Shown here: positions 16,795-24,000 of the stretch, in pieces | Layout: every line of letters begins with the position of its first letter | Position numbering within the stretch: the first letter of the stretch is position 1 | NCBI GenBank assembly: GCA_021734905.1 | Contig: JAIPIB010000006.1 | Coordinates: forward strand, 8,851 to 32,850 | Direction: 5' to 3' | Length of the DNA stretch: 24,000 nt | From: Minisyncoccota bacterium | GTDB lineage: Bacteria > Patescibacteriota > Minisyncoccia > Phycocordibacterales > UBA918 | Position numbers and translations under genes: made by a program | Notes under the pieces: generated by a model | The model's database searches: none | What the model was told of the DNA's origin: nothing | What the model saw: the letters and a program-made list of their open reading frames with translations, nothing else

Positions 16795-17371
16795 CATTAT
16801 TTTTATGCGATGGAATGACATTCAAAAAAAAGAAGAAGGATTTACTCTTATCGAGACACTCGTTGCTATTTCGATACTGCTTATTGTGATCATTGGCCCA
16901 ATTACGGTTGCTCAGAAGGGTGTTCAAAATGCTTATTATGCAAATGAACAAGTGACAGCTGTATTTCTTGCTCAAGAAGCAATTGAGGGCGTTAGGATCC
17001 TTCGTGATTCTGCAGCACTTGATGTGCTTGATATTCCGACAAATAAAACATGGACATGGTATACAGATGGTAGTTTTTCTAATGAGTGCAAGACGGTATC
17101 TGGGTGTGCATACATGAGTGGTCTTCTCACTGATTGTTCTTCAGCTAATTCATGTCAATTAAAAATTGATGGTAATGGTAAGTATTCTCACGCTCTTGGC
17201 GCAAACTCATCATTTACGCGAAAAGTATATATAAGAGAACCTCTTCCTGGCACTGTCGAAGTGAAGGTAGATGTTGAGTGGACCTCAAGAATATTCGGAA
17301 GTGGGAATAATAATCGAAAAGTAACACTCCAGACATGGATATATGATCGTTATCAACGTTATGAAGAATAA
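16727..17371 (+). CDS. Minor pilin, PilV/GspI-like; translational start likely near 16808
   Basis: KKEEGFTLIETLVAISILLIVIIGPITVAQKGVQNAYYANEQVTAVFLAQEAIEGVRILRD. The called ORF overlaps the previous gene by 68 nt; ATG at 16808 (MRWNDIQKKEEGF) gives a normal prepilin leader. Confidence 0.8.
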   Translation: MGLIRTQHLIFSHTLYSEGSICNIIFMRWNDIQKKEEGFTLIETLVAISILLIVIIGPITVAQKGVQNAYYANEQVTAVFLAQEAIEGVRILRDSAALDVLDIPTNKTWTWYTDGSFSNECKTVSGCAYMSGLLTDCSSANSCQLKIDGNGKYSHALGANSSFTRKVYIREPLPGTVEVKVDVEWTSRIFGSGNNNRKVTLQTWIYDRYQRYEE

Positions 17372-17963
17372 TATTATGCGCACACATACTAATCAGGACG
17401 GCATCACCCTTCTTATTACACTTCTCCTCATGGGCGTCTTACTTGGTGTAAGTGCGTCACTTTTGAGCGTTACACTCAAACAGTACCAACTTTCTGGTAT
17501 TGCAGTCGCTTCCGAGATTGCATTTCAGGCCGCAAATGCTGGACTTGAGTGTGCTGCGTACTATGATAATCAAAAGAATGTTGTGAGCCCATTTGAGGTT
17601 AACCAAGATGGAATAACGCCGCAAGGCGCCCCGGCGCAAATTTCGTGCATGGATGTAGGGACATTTATAAATGATGCACCTTCTCCAGGGAGCATGATTA
17701 TTGCTGGCGAACAACAACATTTTCAGTTTACATGGGGAGACCCAGGTGTCTGTACTGATATTAGTGTTTGGAAATTTATCGGTGGACAGGAGGTCACTGT
17801 AGATGGGCAGAAAATGAGAGACAGTAGCGGTGTTGATAACGAGTGTCCTAGTTACGAAGGTGTTACTTGTACAGTAATTCAATCACGCGGCTATGACGTC
17901 CCCTGCGCCCAAATCGGGACGAGTGCACGCGTTGTTGAAAGAGAGTATACACAGGTGTATTAG
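17343..17963 (+). CDS. PilX/GspK-like minor pilin-associated protein
   Basis: NQDGITLLITLLLMGVLLGVSASLLSVTLKQYQLSGIAVASEIAFQAANAGLECAAYYD. Confidence 0.7.
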   Translation: MIVINVMKNNIMRTHTNQDGITLLITLLLMGVLLGVSASLLSVTLKQYQLSGIAVASEIAFQAANAGLECAAYYDNQKNVVSPFEVNQDGITPQGAPAQISCMDVGTFINDAPSPGSMIIAGEQQHFQFTWGDPGVCTDISVWKFIGGQEVTVDGQKMRDSSGVDNECPSYEGVTCTVIQSRGYDVPCAQIGTSARVVEREYTQVY

Positions 17964-18026
17964 ACAGCTATGTTTTAATGTCTGTATTTTGGATACTTTG
18001 TAACAAAATGAGTAGAAGATAACTGA

Positions 18027-20111
<2,085 letters not shown>

Positions 20112-20152
20112 AGGTGGCAACTTTAACTACTGGATGATAGTATACGCATATT

Positions 20153-20446
20153 ATGAAACGGGAAGATATTGAACATCTCGCGAAACTTTCGCGTATAGCA
20201 GTGACCGACGCTGAGGCAGATGATCTTGCGAAAGACATCACCAGTATTTTGGGCTATGTGGGCGAAATCGAAGAAATCACGAGCTCAAGCGAAATAGAAA
20301 AAAAGGTTGGTCCACTCTTTAATGTTATGCGAGAAGATGAAAATCCTCATGAATCAGGGCTTTTTACTGAGGATTTACTCAATCTTGTACCAGAGCGCGA
20401 TGGACCGTACGTGAAAGTTAAAAAAATCATTGGTGATAAAGCGTAA
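20153..20446 (+). CDS. gatC: Asp-tRNA(Asn)/Glu-tRNA(Gln) amidotransferase subunit C
   Basis: KREDIEHLAKLSRIAVTDAEADDLAKDITSILGYVGEI; immediately upstream of gatA. Confidence 0.9.
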   Translation: MKREDIEHLAKLSRIAVTDAEADDLAKDITSILGYVGEIEEITSSSEIEKKVGPLFNVMREDENPHESGLFTEDLLNLVPERDGPYVKVKKIIGDKA

Positions 20447-20450
20447 GTTT

Positions 20451-21878
20451 ATGACAATTACAGAACTGAGAAAAAAATTTATTGAAGGTTCATATACACC
20501 GCTTGATGCGTACACTGACACACGTGCAACGATTGATGCAAAGGATCAGGATATACACGCATTCCTTGACGTATATGATGATGGGAGAGAAAGTGCTGAG
20601 AAGGCTACGAATATTTATAAAGAGAAAGGTGAAGAGACTCCTCTTCTTCTTGGTATGCCACTTGCAATCAAGAATAATATTCTCATTAAAGGGAAGAAGG
20701 CGACGGCTGCATCAAAGATTCTCGAAAATTATATTGCCCCGTACGATGCCACGGTAATTACAAGACTCAAAGAACAGGGCGCGGTCTTTGTAGGAAGTAC
20801 GAACCTCGATGAGTTTGCAATGGGTTCCTCAACGGAGAATTCTGCATTTGGACTTACAAAAAATCCCGTTGATCCGACACGTGTTCCTGGTGGGTCATCG
20901 GGGGGTTCGGCAGCAGCAGTCGCTATGGGTGCTGCTGTCGCTTCTCTTGGTACAGACACCGGTGGCTCGGTACGTCTTCCTGCGAGTTTCTGCGGTGTTG
21001 TTGGTTTTAAGCCAACGTATGGAAGAGTTTCTCGGTCGGGACTTATTGCGATGGGCTCATCACTTGATCAGGCGGGGACACTCACAAATTCTGTCCGTGA
21101 CGCTGAAATACTTTTTAATTCGATTAATGGGAAGGATCCTCTCGATGCAACGACAATTAATGTAGATACATACTCACAGGTCAGGGCGAAGGACACCTAT
21201 CGGATTGGTATCCCACGAGATTTTCTTAGTAATGAGGGGATGGATCCAGATGTACTTCAGGTTTTTAATGACACCATAGAGAACCTCAGTAAAGTGGGGC
21301 ATGAGATTGTTGATATATCTCTCCCACTCATGAGAAAAGGTCTCGCTGCATACTACATCGTGATGCCTGCAGAGGTTTCGTCAAATCTTGCACGATACGA
21401 TGGTGTACGTTTTGGACTTCATGTAGATGGAGATTCATTACTTGAAGACTATATGAAGACGAGAGCGGAAGGTTTTGGTGATGAAGTTAAGCGACGGATA
21501 CTTCTCGGAACCTACGTGCTTTCAGCTGGGTATTACGACGCGTATTATGGAAAAGCCGAACACCTACGCACGATGATGCGAGAAGAACTTTTGCAGGTAT
21601 ATAAAAATGTTGATTTGATCATGACGCCGACTGCGCCAACTCCAGCATTTAAGATTGGTGAAAAAAGTGATCCACTCTCAATGTATCTTGCAGACATATT
21701 TACGGTTCCAGTCAATCTCACAGGAGTGCCTGCTATCTCAATCCCTGCAGGAACTGTTGATCGGGACGGAATTTCTCTCCCAGTTGGGGTACAATATATA
21801 GCACCACATGCTGGTGACGAACGTCTCTTCGATTTTGGAAAGAAGATCTATGATGAGGGGGTGATGCAGTCTGAATAG
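20451..21878 (+). CDS. gatA: Asp-tRNA(Asn)/Glu-tRNA(Gln) amidotransferase subunit A
   Basis: GMPLAIKNNILIKG, GSSTENSAFG, PGGSSGGSAAAVAMGAAVASLGTDTGGSVRLPASFCGVVGFKPTYGRVSR. Confidence 0.97.
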   Translation: MTITELRKKFIEGSYTPLDAYTDTRATIDAKDQDIHAFLDVYDDGRESAEKATNIYKEKGEETPLLLGMPLAIKNNILIKGKKATAASKILENYIAPYDATVITRLKEQGAVFVGSTNLDEFAMGSSTENSAFGLTKNPVDPTRVPGGSSGGSAAAVAMGAAVASLGTDTGGSVRLPASFCGVVGFKPTYGRVSRSGLIAMGSSLDQAGTLTNSVRDAEILFNSINGKDPLDATTINVDTYSQVRAKDTYRIGIPRDFLSNEGMDPDVLQVFNDTIENLSKVGHEIVDISLPLMRKGLAAYYIVMPAEVSSNLARYDGVRFGLHVDGDSLLEDYMKTRAEGFGDEVKRRILLGTYVLSAGYYDAYYGKAEHLRTMMREELLQVYKNVDLIMTPTAPTPAFKIGEKSDPLSMYLADIFTVPVNLTGVPAISIPAGTVDRDGISLPVGVQYIAPHAGDERLFDFGKKIYDEGVMQSE

Positions 21879-21891
21879 CTGTGTAAAAACT

Positions 21892-22500
21892 ATGCCATAC
21901 GTACCTGATGAAAATGATCTTGCGGTCAAGACATATGGAGTTGATCTTGAACGGTTAGCTCGATTTCTCTATGAAAAATTTACTGACAATGATTGGGACG
22001 CTTTCGTGTCTGCAGCAAGCTTTTGGTGGAATATTTATTCAGTCATTGCGATTATTCTGTCGCTGGTATTTATTATCGGATTTGTTTATGCAAAAATTCG
22101 ATACGGACAACTATCAGATCTTGAACAAGAAGCTCTTCGAGAAGCAGAGGCTCAGTGGGCTGCAACGAACGAAAGTGGTGATACAAAAAACACTCGCTGG
22201 GATTCGATCTTGGCGCATGTTGCGGATAATCGTCCTGAGTCATGGAGGATTGCAATTATTGAAGCTGATATCCTTCTCGATGAGACACTTTCGAAGGCGG
22301 GGTATGTTGGACAGAGCATTGGCGATAAGTTAAAAACTGCAAATACACAATCATTTACGACAATTCAGGATGCGTGGGAGGCACATAAAGTACGTAATGA
22401 TATTGCACACGTTGGGAGTGACTTTGTTCTAACAAAGAAATCTGCCCAAGAAACAATCGTTCGGTTTGAAAGAGTCTTCCGAGAATTTGGGGTTATTTGA
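21892..22500 (+). CDS. Hypothetical single-TM protein (202 aa)
   Basis: Full-length ORF downstream of gatA; one strong TM segment (IYSVIAIILSLVFIIGFVYAKI) with a charged cytosolic-like domain. Confidence 0.8.
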   Translation: MPYVPDENDLAVKTYGVDLERLARFLYEKFTDNDWDAFVSAASFWWNIYSVIAIILSLVFIIGFVYAKIRYGQLSDLEQEALREAEAQWAATNESGDTKNTRWDSILAHVADNRPESWRIAIIEADILLDETLSKAGYVGQSIGDKLKTANTQSFTTIQDAWEAHKVRNDIAHVGSDFVLTKKSAQETIVRFERVFREFGVI

Positions 22501-22741
22501 TTTGCAGTGCGCTAATTGATCTGAGTATTCGTCTTCGTAAAACCGTTCCTTTTTTGTGCCCCTCACTCGAATAGAGTCCCAATCCAAACATGTGACCATC
22601 TCGTTTTGAGAGTGTACTAATTTCGGATTTTCCAATCGAACCAATGTAAAATAGACAAGTAGAGCCATGTTTGCTACACTTGAAAAATTCTGTAAATATT
22701 ATTTTATTTGTAGAGTATGTGTAATTATTTGATTACAGAGA

Positions 22742-22812
22742 CGCGGGGTAGAGGAGAGGTACCTCGGGAGGCTCATAACCTCCAGACCCCGGTTCAATTC
22801 CGGGCCCCGCAA
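22742..22812 (+). tRNA. Initiator tRNA-Met (fMet, CAU), CCA not encoded
   Basis: CGCGGGG acceptor with C1:A72 mismatch, D-stem A11:U24, anticodon loop CTCATAA, T-arm CCCGG-TTCAATT-CCGGG, A73; next bases are CAA. Confidence 0.88.
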
Positions 22813-22816
22813 CAAG
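22794..22816 (+). repeat. Direct repeat copy 1 (tcaattccgggccccgcaacaag): tRNA-fMet 3' end plus 4 nt
   Basis: Identical to 23000-23022. Confidence 0.93.
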
Positions 22817-22853
22817 AATAAAACAACACTCCGTTTTGGGGTGTTGTTTTATT
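22817..22853 (+). terminator. Intrinsic terminator downstream of tRNA-fMet
   Basis: aataaaacaacactcc-gtttt-ggggtgttgttttatt stem (one G:T wobble). Confidence 0.85.
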
Positions 22854-22999
22854 TTCTGTGAGGAGGAAAGAAAGCAAACTGCTTTGCTTTCGTCGGGATT
22901 GAACGAGCGGAGCAATATTTTAGCTATTCCTAATGCTAAAATGAGTGAGCTGAGCTAACAAATTCTTAAGAACAAAGTGAGTTAGAAATTTGACGTCAA

Positions 23000-23022
23000 T
23001 TCCGGGCCCCGCAACAAGTATA
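23000..23022 (+). repeat. Direct repeat copy 2: duplicated 3' end of tRNA-fMet
   Basis: 23/23 identity to 22794-22816, without the rest of the tRNA. Confidence 0.93.
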
Positions 23023-23027
23023 GAAAA

Positions 23028-23056
23028 GGATCAGCCTCGTGCTGGTCTTTTTCTTT
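23028..23056 (+). terminator. Probable intrinsic terminator (gatcagc-ctcgt-gctggtc followed by a T tract)
   Basis: 7-bp stem with one wobble and T-run. Confidence 0.6.
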
Positions 23057-23154
23057 GTTTGTGTTCAGGAATTGAGTAGGGTGGTTTTGAAGGTCAATTA
23101 AGCACCTTCTGGTGATGTTATGTCTATGCAAAATGTGGTATAAATTTATACATT

Positions 23155-23841
23155 ATGCAATGTGTTATCTTAGCCGCAGGAAATGGTAAGCGTCTTCGTC
23201 CGCTTACTGAGGATAAACCGAAACAATTAGTTACCGTTCATGGGAAGCCACTTATAGATTACATCGTGGAAGCACTCCCAAGCGCTATTGATGAGCTTAT
23301 TATTGTTGTTGGATATCGTGGAGATATGATTCGTGAGTACTGCGGAGAAATTTTCCATGGAAAGAGAGTTACCTACATTGATCAATTCGTTGCAGAAGGC
23401 ACCGCTCGTGCTCTTTGGCTTTGTAAAGATTTACTAAAAGGAAGATTTCTCTTTATGTTTGGCGATGACATCCACGGGCGAGAGGACCTAGCAAGAGCCG
23501 TTTCATTTGTCCGGTCAATTCTGGTTTCATCAGTAACTAGTCCAGAAAAATTTGGTATCGTGGTACGAAATCCTGACGGCACCTTAGGACTCATGATTGA
23601 GAAACCGGAACATGCTCCTTCAAACTGTGCGAGCACAGGTGCAATGGTTCTTGATGATCATATTTTTGAATTCGAACCCCAAACCCCAGTGGGGGATGAA
23701 TACTACCTTACGGAAGTCATTGAACGATACGCACAGAAGTACCCTATTGCAGTCGTCGAACAAAATTTATGGATCCCGATAGGTTACCCTGAGGATATAA
23801 CTAAAGCAGAGACATTGCTCTCAGTGTATAAAAGGATTTAG
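23155..23841 (+). CDS. Sugar-phosphate nucleotidyltransferase (NTP_transferase/RmlA-like)
   Basis: MQCVILAAGNGKRLRPLTEDKPKQLVTVHGKPLIDYIVEALP, IIVVGYRGDMI, FMFGDDIHG. Confidence 0.9.
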   Translation: MQCVILAAGNGKRLRPLTEDKPKQLVTVHGKPLIDYIVEALPSAIDELIIVVGYRGDMIREYCGEIFHGKRVTYIDQFVAEGTARALWLCKDLLKGRFLFMFGDDIHGREDLARAVSFVRSILVSSVTSPEKFGIVVRNPDGTLGLMIEKPEHAPSNCASTGAMVLDDHIFEFEPQTPVGDEYYLTEVIERYAQKYPIAVVEQNLWIPIGYPEDITKAETLLSVYKRI

Positions 23842-23855
23842 GAATACTGTCGCAT

Positions 23856-24000
23856 ATGCAATGTGTTATTTTGTGTGCAGGTAAAGGTGTTCGAATGCGA
23901 CCACTTACTAATACCTGTCCGAAACCACTCCTTAAGGTACTCGGAAAACCAATTTTGGAATATATCGTTACTGCGTTACCTCGAGAGGTTGACGAGATTG
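23856..24000 (+). CDS. Second nucleotidyltransferase, truncated by the window end
   Basis: MQCVILCAGKGVRMRPLTNTCPKPLLKVLGKPILEYIVTALPREVDEI; same NTP_transferase N-terminus as the previous gene. Confidence 0.85.
   Translation, partial: MQCVILCAGKGVRMRPLTNTCPKPLLKVLGKPILEYIVTALPREVDEI

Noticed and set aside
16727-16807. Extended N-terminus of ORF 16727..17371 overlapping the previous gene by 68 nt
   Set aside because: The leader MGLIRTQHLIFSHTLYSEGSICNIIF is out of character; ATG at 16808 gives a proper short prepilin leader, so the long overlap is likely a start-calling artefact.
22429-22668. Minus ORF 22429..22668 (79 aa)
   Set aside because: Overlaps the 3' end of the plus-strand 202-aa gene; no domain, cysteine or motif pattern supporting a real protein.
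22733-22915. Minus ORF ending AGPGIEPGSGGYEPPEVPLLYPASL
   Set aside because: Classic antisense-tRNA artefact; it lies over tRNA-fMet and its terminator.
22817-22999. Mini-island interior as a small RNA gene
   Set aside because: Has a terminator and hairpins, but no convincing promoter with a conserved structure could be defined from one sequence; kept only as part of the att-like repeat finding.

Overview
The window looks like a chromosomal segment from a Patescibacteria/CPR-type bacterium. This is inferred from the pilin and PilM-PilN-PilO-PilB-PilT-PilC style, the near absence of Shine-Dalgarno sites, and -10-like boxes abutting start codons. The backbone is a large type IV pilus cluster (4847-17963): pilM, pilN, pilO, a small pilus protein, pilB, a lone receiver domain, pilT, pilC, three major-type pilins, a REP-associated tyrosine transposase (RAYT) with palindromes, pilD and four minor-pilin-like genes. 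It is followed by ligA, gatC, gatA, a small membrane protein, an initiator tRNA and tandem nucleotidyltransferases. The left end (1-3961) is accessory: a minus-strand membrane-protein/XRE module and a large serine recombinase convergent with tRNA-Ser(GCU). Two places stand out. (1) The recombinase body is bracketed by 120-bp inverted repeats (119/120 identical) that encode its own C-terminal 40 codons. One copy runs into the tRNA-Ser 3' end. The other, inverted copy carries an alternative C-terminus (CLLDKVRNYFEQNPND-stop), so inversion of the gene body would swap C-termini. (2) The 3' end of a pilin gene is part of a precise 132-bp tandem duplication. The 54-bp REP-containing half is identical while the 78-bp pilin half is about 73% identical, and it lies directly upstream of the RAYT gene. 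No CRISPR array or recognisable defence operon was seen.
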